Source: Eledone cirrhosa (Eukaryota). Taken from it: DNA of 64,000 nucleotides. Below the pieces are notes generated by a model, which was not told the origin of the DNA, searched no databases, and was given only the letters and a program-made list of their open reading frames with translations. Within the stretch, counting starts at the first letter, position 1. Each line of letters begins with the position of its first letter. Location of the stretch: NCBI GenBank assembly GCA_964016885.1, contig OZ024757.1:23684001-23748000 (forward strand). The letters are read 5' to 3'. The translations under genes and the position numbers were made by a program. Below are positions 1 to 11,799 of the stretch, piece after piece.

Positions 1-1
1 A

Positions 2-69
2 CTCCATTACCAAAGGTTTCAGGACCCCAGACAATATTAACATACGTCTGGATCGTTCATCAGACAGAG
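2..69 (-). ncRNA. Type I hammerhead ribozyme motif (Penelope-like element remnant)
   Basis: Minus strand: CTCTGT-CTGATGA-[stem II incl. CCAGAC/GTCTGG]-GAA-ACC TTT GGT-A-ATGGAG; all three helices pair; GUA site. Confidence 0.72.
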
Positions 70-149
70 AGGTTAACCTCTCTAATATTGTCTAGGGTCC
101 TGAAACCTTTGGTAATGGAGTAGCTGTATATTGTGTTGTTCACTTTCTA

Positions 150-218
<69 letters not shown>

Positions 219-269
219 AAGATTGTTTTCCATGGTTATGTCACTATTTATAAAACAAATTTTGTATTT

Positions 270-330
270 TTTTATCTGGTGAAAGAGCACCAAGATTGCC
301 TGGGTCGCCCTTGAAATATATATAATAAAA
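270..330 (+). ncRNA. Minimal hammerhead motif with mutated core (CUGGUGA)
   Basis: TTTTAT-CTGGTGA...GAA-ATATATAT-A-ATAAAA; same layout as 13273-13338. Confidence 0.55.
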
Positions 331-1742
331 TAATTATAGTTTTATAAATATAGTGTATATAGGTAAAGACACCTTCAGTCATGAATGACCATTAGATAGT
401 TCCTCATATAACGAGTTAGAAAGTTCCCCATATAACGAGTTTAAACTATATCAATTGGGAAACTAATAGTATTTGGAGAAACATAATCGATATATATTCT
501 ATATGTATTGATTACACCTAAAATTATATATACACACACACACACACAATTAGACACGTCTCACGTAGGAGGTGAAATTTATGTTTTCCTATGTTATTTG
601 GTGTGCTTTTGAACGAATATAATATAGTCAAATCATCGGATATTATTGGGTTTTTTTTTTAAATAGCTGGTGAAAGAGGGCGACGGCGACACACAAATGA
701 GATGGATGTCATTGTAAAAAAAATGTACAACACACACACTTACAAACATAAATATGGTACATATAATAGTGATGGGGAAGCCGGTACTATTTTCTGAGAG
801 AGAGAGGGGGGGAGAGAGAGAGATGATACTGAAGCAAAAATGGATGAAAAACAACAAAATATTTTACCGAATATATTTCTTTGTGATATTTCAAAGTAAA
901 GACCTTCTTTTCAGATTTAAAAAGATTTGAAATATCACAAAGAAACATATTGGTTAAAAACATTTTTTTTTTCATTCATTTTGTCCCAATACGATCTTTT
1001 TGTACCGGCTTTCCCAACAAATGAAACAGATCTAGTTCTGTAGAAGACATTTCTATGTATAATAAAGATGTATTGAGGTACCCTTTTTTTTTTTTTAACT
1101 GGAGTTACCACCCGACACAACTCGGGAACCAACATATAATATATAATCTGGAATTTGGTGTCTGGATAGCAAGAGCTCTGCCGCCGGGCCCCGACTCTCA
1201 TATATATATATAGAGAGAGAGAGAAAGTGAGAGAGAGAGAGAGAGAGGGGGGGGGTTGCATATATCCAAGAGAATACTCTATATTGTATATATACAAAGC
1301 ACACAATATATTGTGTATTCTCTTCGATATATGGTCCTCTCTCTATATATATATACAGATATACATATATATATATATATCTTTTACTTTTGAATTATGA
1401 CTCTGGACAAAGTCTATTGAGCTTTTTTTTTTATTGAGAAGAACAAAAATCGAACATATTTGATATGTTTTGATACCTCGTGTGTGTGGAATCAACACTG
1501 ATACGAATTCAAAAGAAACTTTGAAAAGCTACCCAAACTGAAACATCGGACAAAAACGCATAAATGAGGAATTGCTGAAGAGTTCAAAACAATTCCATAC
1601 ATAAGCTGTCCGCTCTAACAGAACGACCGAACCAAACTTCAGGAATAATATATTTTATATCAAATAATTTCTTATCTGTGTGGCGTAAATTTGCATAAAA
1701 CCATTCAGAGCACCATCTTCACATCTTTATTATACTTATATA

Positions 1743-2008
1743 CAGGGCAAGCGCTGCCATATATGCAAACTAGGCAGCCACCTAGGGCACTGATTTCAGG
1801 GGGCGCATTTCTCCAAATTAACCACAATTTTGAAAAATTTATAAATAAATGTCAGTTTTATGAAGGTCGTTTTTTTTTATCCTGGTTTATTTCATGTTGA
1901 AAATTTAAAAAATATATATATTTATGAATTTTGAAATTGATATTTTTCCTTTGGGGGCGCCAGAATCTAACCTTGCCTAGGATACCAGATAGTCTGGCAC
2001 TGGCCCTG
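1743..2008. mobile_element. Non-autonomous hAT-like MITE
   Basis: TIRs CAGGGC...GCCCTG and a near-perfect 8-bp TSD (CTTATATA 1735-42, CTTGTATA 2009-16). Confidence 0.75.
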
Positions 2009-2304
2009 CTTGTATATACACAACCTTTATGAGGGCCCTCTCCAGATTTTGGTCTTTGTATTTATTACTGCTACTATATATATTGGAGTACAAACTTAGT
2101 TTAAATATCCAAGAGTTTAGAGCACTCAGTCCATAGGATGAGTTAAGTAAAATTAGTTACAACAGTGACATATAAGGTACTTAAGTTTCGTTGGGCTAAA
2201 CAACCCAACGAAACTTAAGTACCTGTATGTATCACTGTTGTGGGAGTGAGTGAGTGAATGTGCGTGGAGAGAGAATAACCAAGTTTACTTAAAAACATTA
2301 TTTT

Positions 2305-2452
2305 AATCCTACATACGTTTCAATGTATAACGGCGGGCTATACCCCGACATGTCCGTCGGTCTATACCCCGACATGCCCGTCGGTCTATACCCCGACATG
2401 CCCGTCGGTCTATACCCCGACATGCCCGTCGGTCTACATATCCTCAGGAATT
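2305..2452 (-). ncRNA. Hammerhead motif with loop II expanded by a 4x24-bp tandem repeat
   Basis: Minus strand: AATTC-CTGAGGA-T-ATGTA...TACAT-T-GAA-ACGTATGT-A-GGATT. Confidence 0.62.
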
Positions 2453-2682
2453 TACATGCTGTCATAAATTTCAACATTAATACATGCAAAAGATAACTTT
2501 ATACCATAAATGAGGCTCATACCATAACAAATAATATAATGCAAAATATAAGTACATTTAAAGTAACAGCAAAGCATAGCAAAGGCAGTGTTAAAAATAG
2601 TATAAGAAAATTTAGCAATTATAGGACATTCATGATGATTTCATACGAATGAAACAGTTCTAGTCATGTAGAAGTCATTTCT

Positions 2683-3047
2683 CTATATATATACTACAAA
2701 AACTCTATGAGTGTCTTGTATGTAATTTAATACAGCCAAAATGGCGCATAATGGGAAAATACTTTGAGAGGAAGTTGCCCCTGAAATGGGAATACAAATA
2801 GTATAAAGCAAGTTTCGCGTAAATCGGAGCATGGGTTCCCGAGATACAGGCTTTTCCATGTACCTTCATAAAGAGAGAGAGAAAGATAGAAAGAAAGAGA
2901 TAGTGGTTGTGAGAGAGTAGATTGAAAGAGAGACATGTCTGTGTGTATTTTAATCATTTAAAAAATATTTTTTTAATGTGAAATAAATGAACATGTTAAA
3001 AAAATATTTTTAAGTGAATGTGACCCAATGGGTCACGGGTGGTCTAG
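2683..3047 (+). mobile_element. Non-autonomous Helitron-like element (5' end approximate)
   Basis: 3' hairpin GTGACCCA-A-TGGGTCAC at 3020-36, then CTAG|T at 3044-48; TC-starting 5' end near 2683. Confidence 0.6.
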
Positions 3048-3479
3048 TATATAATAAAGATGCCTATACTTTACCAACGTATTGAGTACCTTTTTTTTTA
3101 TGTTTGATTAACCCCGAGACCACTCGGGAACCGATAGATAGATAACTGGATATTATCAGTGCATGTGTGTGTTAAAGGATTAGTAATTTATTGCTATAAA
3201 CATATTTCAGTGAATGATGTGAACAAATAGAGACACGCCGCTGAAATATCGGAAATATAACATAGTATAGTAATAAAATATACAGGTAGAGCTGTAATAA
3301 AAGATAATCGGGAAACAATACATAAGAACAAACTCAAGCACACTATGTGTCTCAGTGTATGGGTGTGTTTGTATGTTAGGTTAAGAAGATCTCGCCATCA
3401 CTCTGACTAAATGAAATAGTCTAATAATAATTTAGACACCAGACCAGTAATTTGAAGTGGGAAGGGAAAGTTGATTAAA

Positions 3480-4270
3480 TCAACTGGTACTTTATTTATC
3501 GACCCCGTAGGGATGAAAGGCAAAGTTGACCTCGACGGGGTTCGAACTCCTAATATAGGCCCAAGAACAGCCAACGATTTGGAAGGAAAAGGGGGGAAGC
3601 CAATTAATTTGACCCCAGTGCACTACTGGTACTTTATTTTATCGACCCCGTAAGGAAGAAAGGCAAAGTTAACCTCAACGAGGTTCGAACTCCTAATATA
3701 GGCCCAAGAACGGCCCAACAATTTGGAAGGAAAAGGGGGGAAGCCAATTAATTTGACCCCAGTGCACTACTGGTACTTTATTTTATCGACCCCGTAAGGA
3801 AGAATGGCAAAGTTAACCTCGACGGGGTTCGAACTCCTAATATAGGCCCAAGAACGGCCAACAATTTGGAAGGAAAAGGGGGGAAGCCAATTAATTTGAC
3901 CCCAGTGCACTACTGGTACTTTATTTTATCGATCCCGTAAGGAAGAAAGGCAAAGTTAACCTCAACGGGGTTAGAACTCCTAATATAGGCCCAAGAACAG
4001 CCAACGATTTGGAAGGAAAAGGAGGGGAAGCCAATTAATTTGACCCCCAGTGCACTACTGGTACTTTATTTTATCGATCCCGTAAGGAAGAAAGGCAAAG
4101 TTAACCTCAACGGGGTTCGAACTCCTAATATAGGCCCAAGAACGGCCAACGATTTAGAAGGAAAAGGAGGGAAGCCAATTAATTTGACCCCAGTGCACTA
4201 CTGGTACTTTATTTTATCGACCCCTTGGAAGGATGAAAGGCAAAGTTGACCTCAGTGGGGATTTGAACTT
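3480..4270. repeat. Tandem array of ~144-bp SINE-A-derived units (~5.5 copies)
   Basis: GTGCACTACTGGTACTTT recurs at ~3618, 3762, 3905, 4050, 4193. Confidence 0.92.
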
Positions 4271-4341
4271 CGTTCGTAAAGAGCTGGAAGAAATATTGGT
4301 AAACATCTGAAGAATATTATATGGTCTTTATTTCCACTTAC

Positions 4342-4401
4342 CTTGACTGTTTCGTCGACAGAATTTGCCAATCCTGGGCTCTTCCGTGGGCGAGTCGCCA
4401 T
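4342..4401 (-). CDS. Candidate first coding exon of an unidentified minus-strand gene (MATRPRKSPGLANSVDETVK)
   Basis: ttcATGG start, 20 sense codons, GC/CpG-rich relative to flanks, ends at a consensus donor AAG|GTAAGT, phase 0. No downstream exon recognised in the window. Confidence 0.5.
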
Positions 4402-5340
4402 GAACATAAAAGACACATGGACAAAATTGACACATGAATATATATATAGATATATATATAAACATTTAGCAATGTCTCTCTCTTCTTAGGTAAAATCCAA
4501 GTTAGTTTTGAACACGGTACATATCAATATCCATGTAAGAAAAATATATCGACGGTGTTTGTGTCTGTGTAATAATAATAACAACGATATAGTTGTTTTA
4601 AGTATCGTATTTTCTTAGTCTTGCAAAATAATGCAGGAGTTGTTTTAGAATTAGTAATACTAGTACTAGTAGTAGAAGTAGCAGCAAAAATGGTTTATTG
4701 AATAAATGGAATGAGAGAACGATGAAGGCTTTTATTATTTCTCACTCTTTTTATTATCATTTTTCTCTCGTTTTTGTTTTATTTAGAATAGAAAATCGTC
4801 TACAAACAGTTTTGCATTTGCTTAGCTTAAGCCTGTGAATGAGGAAAGTGCAGCCGGCAACTGTCAGAGGGCACCAGTAACAACTGTCTCACTTCTTCAA
4901 TACTAAACTATATTGACAAACATATACCATATATACAGTACATATATACACAGTGCATATACATATATATATACAGAGCATATATATATATGATGTACGT
5001 ATAAGAGTAAGACAGCTTATATAAACTATATTGACAAACATATATTATATATGCAGTACATATATATATATATATATATATATACAGTGCATATACAGTA
5101 TATATATATATACATACAGTGCATATACATGTGATGTACGTATAAGAGTAAGACAGCTTATATTTAAAACAACAATAACTGCTGCAATTTCGACTAAGGT
5201 ATATTTATCAATAATAATAATAAATAATAATGATAGTAATAGTAATAATAATTATTTCTTTATTCAAAAATAATCAATGGTTTTTTTAATTAGGGTTATA
5301 TGAAGCCTTAGACAAATAACTAAGGTGCTTTATAATATAC

Positions 5341-5371
<31 letters not shown>

Positions 5372-5789
5372 ATACACAAATCGGGGACACTATTTAAAGG
5401 GTTAATTAGTTGTTGTTTTTATCGTAATTCTTAATTATAATTATATATCTCTTGCTTATAAAAAAAAAAAACACGTACCTTAAATAAACGCGAGGTTGTG
5501 GTGTTTATGCCCCGCTAAATGTTATAATCGAAATATTAGAAATTAGACATAACTCGTGAAATATCTATGCAGTAATAATGTTATTGAAATATTTACAATA
5601 TTTCTTAAATATTTACAATATTTCTTATGTTGGGCGGTGTAAAGGTGATTGTGTTTTGTCATTAGAAGTTTTGTGAAGAAAAAATAAAACAAACATGGAA
5701 TTAGAAGAAGCAGGCGACGGAATTGGGAGGAAGGGGAGAGAGAAGATTCATGACGGAGGGGGAACTGTGAGTAACAGGTAGTAGTGGAA

Positions 5790-6570
5790 GGAGCAATAGA
5801 GAGTACGGAGAGAAAAAGAGACAAGAGAGAGGGGATGAAAGAGAGTAAGAGAAATAGAAAAAGAAGAGAGTAAGAGAGAGAGAGAATAAGAGAAATAGAA
5901 AAAGAAGAGAGAGAGAATAAGAGAAATAGAAAAAGAAGAGAGTAAGAGAGAGAGAGAAAGAAAGAGAGTAAGAGAAATAGAAAAAGAAGAGAGTTTGAGA
6001 GAGAGAAAGAAAGAGTAAGAGAGAGGGGAGAAAAAGAGAGAGAAAGACTTAAAAAGAGAATAAGTAAGCGAGAAAAAAGGGAGGCAGAGAGGGAGAAGCG
6101 AAAGAAGGAGATGGATAAAGAAAAAGTAAAATGGAAGGAGGGGGGGGGAGAAGATTGATTGATAGAGAGAAAGATATAAGAAGAAAGACAAAGATGGAAA
6201 AGAGAGTGTGAGAGAGAGAATGGAAAAGAGCGAGAGGGAGAGAGAATGAGGAAGAGAGTGTAAGAAAGAAAGAGACAGAGAGGGGGGGAAATAGCCGCAA
6301 TGATGAGGGTGGGGACGAGAGATGAGGAGAGGTTTTTTTAAATTAAATTTTTTAAAATAAGAAAAATGAGAGCGAGAAATTGACAGATTGCAAAAACAAA
6401 ACAGAAACAAACGATAAAATAAAAGAGGAACTGAGACAGAAACGAAGAGAGAAAGAAAAAAAGAAGATAAAAGAGAGGTGAAGAGAGAAGAGAAAGTGAT
6501 TGAAGAATATAAAAGGAAGAAAGATTAAGAATGAAGACGAAGTTATATGAATAGAGAGAGGGGGGTGAAT
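5790..6570. repeat. Purine-rich (GA) low-complexity tract
   Basis: Direct inspection. Confidence 0.9.
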
Positions 6571-6585
6571 AGATAGATAGATAGA

Positions 6586-7472
6586 TTTCTTTATTAGCCA
6601 CAAGGGCGCAACAAGAAAGGGGACAATACAAAGACATGCCGGGGATTTTACATACAGTCGTGTAAAAAATATAAAAACAAACAAACAATTTCAACAATCG
6701 AAATCCCCAATAGGGGGGAGGCGCCACAAATGGGTTGTTTAATACCCCGTCGATAGAACAACCCTCAACTCGAGGAGCGTGTTGTGCAAGTGCTCCTTTC
6801 TTCCTTTTGCTCTCTTCCTCAACCTACAGGCTTATAAATAGAGAAGGCCCAATCACTCGGGCCATTTTCGCTTCATTCACCCACCTTTCAGTAAATTTAC
6901 TGGGGTGCAGTGCCTCTCTCTCCACCCTGATTCTCCTTCTAAAGTGATACTTAAAGAAGGGAATCAATTGTTGTCCGGAGAGAAAGGCATCTGTCCTCAG
7001 TCCTCTCAACCTCGTCCACCATATAACTTCTTTCACCATAGCCACCGTACAGAGGAAAACCGCCTCTCTTTCGTTTTTGAAAGAGTCTGGCGGTTTGATC
7101 CTTACTATGGACTCGGCAGTCAACTGGATTTGTCCCATACGCGACAGCAGTTGTTCTGCATAGTTCCACAGGTCGCTTACGCCCGGGCAGTGTACAATTG
7201 CGTGCAGAACTGTTTCAATGTCCTGCGCACATCTTGGACACGTCCTCTTGGAAGGATCCCTGCCAGGGCGTCCGTGCCTGTAGATCTTGTCACGAACCGG
7301 TAGAGCTCCTCGGTAGCACTGCCAGGCCAGGGACCTCTGGAAGTTGTCCATAGGTCCCGGGCGGAAAGTCCTACCAAACATACTGGTGAGCTCATCGTCT
7401 TCGACGCCCAGAGTCTCTCCGAGCACGTCGTCGCCCTTGTAACATACAATCCCTCTATAGAATGTCGAAGTG
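6586..7472 (-). mobile_element. Tx1/L1-clade non-LTR retrotransposon, 5'-truncated (ORF2 C-terminal zinc-binding region plus 3' UTR)
   Basis: ORF 6824-7426 has LAWQCYRGALPVRD...CPRC...ETVLHAIVHCP (zf-RVT-type motif); 3' end AATAAAGAAA. Confidence 0.88.
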
Positions 7473-7562
<90 letters not shown>

Positions 7563-7702
7563 TAGATAGGTAGACCGAAAGATAGATAGGTAGGAAATTT
7601 GGGAGGTGGGTATATAGGTAGACAGACATATAGATAGTTAGGTATGTTGATAGATATATTTCTTTATCTTCAGATAGATAGATAGATTGATAGATAGATA
7701 TG

Positions 7703-8019
7703 TTTCTTTATTAGCCACAGGGGCACAAAAGAAGGGGACAAATACAAAGGGGGAAGTTTACATACAATAAAAACGTGTAAAAAATTAATCGATTTCCCCA
7801 ATAGGGGGAGACATTTCATATGGGTAACACATACCCCCGAAAAAATGTGCAACCCTCATCTCCAGGAGTATGACGAGTTTGTACCCCTTTCCTCTCTTCC
7901 TCCTTTTCCTCAACCTACAGGCTGATATAGAGAGAAGGCCCATTCACTCGGGCCATTCTCGCCACTTTCACCCACCTTTCATAAAACTTGATGGGGTACA
8001 GCACCTCTCTCTCCATCCT
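7703..8019 (-). mobile_element. Tx1/L1-clade LINE 3' fragment (copy 2)
   Basis: Homologous to the 3' end of copy 1 (EREVL...RWV...GPSLYISL* plus UTR). Confidence 0.85.
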
Positions 8020-8049
8020 GATAGATAGATGAGTAGATAGATAGATAGA

Positions 8050-8419
8050 TTTCTTTATTAGCCACAAGGGCGCACAAGAAAAGGGGACAATACAAAGACA
8101 TGTCGGGGATTTTACATACAGTCGTGTAAAAATATGAAACAAACAATTATAACAATCGAAATCCCCAATAGGGGAGAGGCGCCACAAATGTGTTGTTTAT
8201 AACCCCGTCGATAGAACAACCCTCAACTTCAGGAGCGTGTTGTGCAAGTGCTCCCTTCTTCCTTTTGCTCTCTTCTTCAACCTACAGGTTTATATACAGA
8301 GAAGGCCCAATCACTCGGGCCATTTTTACCACATTCACCCACCTTTCAGTAAATTTACTGGGGTGCAGTGCCTCTGTCTCCACTCTGATTCTCCTTCTAA
8401 AGTGGTACCTAAAGAAGGG
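8050..8419 (-). mobile_element. Tx1/L1-clade LINE 3' fragment (copy 3)
   Basis: Closely similar to 6586-6960. Confidence 0.87.
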
Positions 8420-8432
8420 TAGATAAGATATA

Positions 8433-8944
8433 TTTCTTTATTTGCCACAGGGGCACAACAGATGGGGACAAATACAAATACAAAGTGGGGAGTTTACATA
8501 CAAGCGTATAAAAATAGAACTAATAAATAAATAACAAATAACAATTGAAATCCCCAATAGGGGGGGGGGCGTTACACATGGGTTGTACACACCTCGAAAA
8601 AATGTACAACCCTCATCTCCAGGAGCACGAAGAGCGAGCGCTCCCTTCCTCTCTTCCTCTTTTTCCTCAACCTACAGGTTTATATAGAGAGAAGGCCCAA
8701 CCACTCGGGCCGTTCTTGTCATATTCACCCACCTTTCGTAAAATTTGCTGGGGTGCAGCACCTCTCTCTCCACTCTGATTCTTCTTCTAAAGTGATATTT
8801 GAAGAAGCGAACCAGTTGTTCGCCAGAGAGAAAGGTGTCTGACCTCAGCCCTTTCAGTCTCGTCCACCATATAGCCTCTTTCACCATAGTCATAACACAT
8901 AGGAAAACCGACTCTCCTTCGTTTTTGAAGGAGAGTGGCGAAGC
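8433..8944 (-). mobile_element. Tx1/L1-clade LINE 3' fragment (copy 4)
   Basis: MVKEAIWWTRLKGLRSDTFLSGEQLVRFFKYH matches copy 1. Confidence 0.87.
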
Positions 8945-9157
8945 TAGATAGATAGATAGGTCCTTCTTGAATGTGGATATACAGAGTCAAGTGAATGGTT
9001 GCTGTTGTTTAACCCCAGGTTAACTCCTGATGGAGTTGACAGAGCTACAATGAATGACAAGTGGCATTCCAGCCATGACCATCTAGGCTTTTGGGGGATT
9101 TTTGTTGTTGTTGGAGGATTGGTGGGTTATGGTTGTTGTTTTATTATATTTTCCTAT

Positions 9158-9336
9158 TGGCAGTATCGGTAGAGGGTCGGACGCCATGCTTTCCAGCATA
9201 GTTACGTCCCTTTATGGTCTGAGTTCAAATCGCGTCGAGGTTAACTTTGCCTTTCATCCTTACGGGGTCGATAAAATAAAGTACCAGTAATGTATTGGGT
9301 AATTGCTGGCCTTGTGCCAAAAGTAGAAACAATTAT
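9158..9336 (+). mobile_element. tRNA-derived SINE family A (representative; others at ~12.2-12.8k, 17.0-17.3k, 28.7-29.1k, 39.8-40.75k, 44.05-44.3k, 45.6k, 53.95-54.2k)
   Basis: A-box-like TGGCAGTATCGG, B-box GAGTTCAAATC, then the recurrent core TTGCCTTTCATCCTTACGGGGTCGATAAAATAAAGTACCAG (resembles the Meta-type central domain). Confidence 0.85.
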
Positions 9337-9858
9337 ATTTTCCTTGTTTTTTGTTCAAAACTAACAGGCCTACATGAGTACTTCTTTAGTAAGGTATCAT
9401 TTTGATTTTATTTCTAACGAGTCTAGTGACCCCTTAGGGTGGGTTCAGGTGGGGAATGGTGGAGACACATAGTGGTTGGGTAAGATCGATGTGAAATATG
9501 AATAAAGCGGGGTGAGTTTGAGAGGGTGGCTGCGTCCCCCGGTCTGGAAAATTGTCAGAGTCTCTCTCTCTCTCTCTCTCTCTCTCTGGGTGGGGGTGGG
9601 GTGGTGGGGTAATAAACTGCGTTTGGGTGGAAGTAGAATATATTGGTATATAATATATACCGATATATTCTACTTCCACCCAATATATATATATATGCAG
9701 ACAGACAGACATATACATATATACATATATACATATATACATACATACATATATACAAACACACATACACATATACGTATGCGTGTATACACATATACAC
9801 ATAGACCCACACATACATACACACACGCGCGCACACATATACACACACACACATGCAC

Positions 9859-9891
<33 letters not shown>

Positions 9892-10171
9892 GTTGGAATG
9901 GTGAATGGACAGAAAAGTCAAATGCAAAAAAAAAAATACGGAGAATGTGCAGAAATAATAAAACTGCACAAAGAAAACAAGACTATACTGCGATGTGTTG
10001 CACATTTACAGTGTTGTCATTACACTGCACGTGCATCTTTGATATATAGAGATTTTGTCATCGTATTTTCTTCTTTGGGATTTATTTATTAATGTTATTA
10101 AATAAAGAAAACATTATTTATCGCTTTTCTTTCCTCGTCCTTCTTAAACGCCTTTCATTTTTCTGTATATA

Positions 10172-10234
<63 letters not shown>

Positions 10235-10253
10235 GTTTCTTCGATATTGTATT

Positions 10254-10334
<81 letters not shown>

Positions 10335-10349
10335 CTTTCTTCGATATTG

Positions 10350-10468
<119 letters not shown>

Positions 10469-10766
10469 ATATATATATATAACGGGGGAGTGGTGGTAAG
10501 GAACCAGATGGACCATAACGCATCAGAGTACTCAATACTTAGGGTAGTAGAGTGGGTAATTGGGTAATAGGAGAGAGTATGACCCCGACGGCAGAGCTCA
10601 AGCCGTTTCGACGGCTATTTCTGGACTGTATATAAACCTGTAGGTTGAAGAAGAGAGCAAAAGGAAGAAGGGAGCACTTGACACAACACGCTCCTGAAGT
10701 TGAGGGACTGAGTCCAGAAATAGCCGTCGAAACGGCTTGAGCTCTGCCGTCGGGGTCATACTCTCT

Positions 10767-10805
<39 letters not shown>

Positions 10806-11274
10806 TCATCATCATCGTTTAACGTCTATCTTCCACTCTAGCATGGGTTTAGACGGGAGTTGTCCCACTTGACGCAAGATTGGTTGTCTCGCTCGTATAG
10901 GACTGTCAGGCGGGTTTTCTACGGCTGGATGCCCTTCCTAACACCAACCCCACGATTACAGTGTGGAACTGGGGGGGGGGGGGGGGGTTACCGTGTTACC
11001 TACACTGCCACATTACAGCGATGATGATGATATATATATATGCATCATCATCATCATCATCATCATCATCGATAATATCATCATTTAATGTCCACTTTCC
11101 CTGCTAATAAGGGTTGGATGGGTCTGCATAGACCAAGTCAGTACTGAAGCAGAGCTACTGACCTCCCAAACGGGCCATGGGAGGGGGGGGGGTTAGTCTA
11201 TATCCCGCTTACATACGGTCATATTGAGTGCAAAGGAAAATTTGTGTCTTTTGACACAAACGGAAAGGTCCTTG

Positions 11275-11321
<47 letters not shown>

Positions 11322-11497
11322 AACGAGTAGGACCCCGACGGCTGAGCTCAAGCCGTTTCGACGGCTAATTCTGGACTAATATGTGTGTGTGTGTGTGTTT
11401 ATGTATGTATGTAAAAGGTAAACAGAAATAACAACACAATACAGTATATGGAAGGTATATATATATTAGGTTAACGCTTGATATAGCAGAAAGAGGG

Positions 11498-11533
11498 TCT
11501 TAACGTTTCGGACGCTAGTCCTTCATCAGAAGA
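11498..11533 (-). ncRNA. Minimal hammerhead motif (copies at 21679-21714 - and, core-damaged, ~13137-13174 +)
   Basis: TCTT-CTGATGA-A-GGAC TAGC GTCC-GAA-ACGT-T-AAGA inside a ~220-bp dispersed repeat. Confidence 0.72.
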
Positions 11534-11753
11534 AAGAATGAGAAATAAAATAGATTGTGGTAAAAAGGCGGGATGGAATTGGAAAAAATGTCTTTAGATA
11601 AAAATACAGGTCCATTCATGTTGACATCTCTTGGAAAACTGTTGGTGCTGGCGTTTTGTGTATGATTTGTTTTTTTTAGAAAAGTGGATGATGGAGCGCG
11701 TCTACCTGAAATGGAAAAAAAAAGTTATTTATATATATATATAGATATATATC

Positions 11754-11799
<46 letters not shown>

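Noticed and set aside
4342-4390. Degenerate minus-strand hammerhead (CGGAAGA...GAAACAGTC)
   Set aside because: Core mismatched and no stems; better explained as the candidate coding exon.
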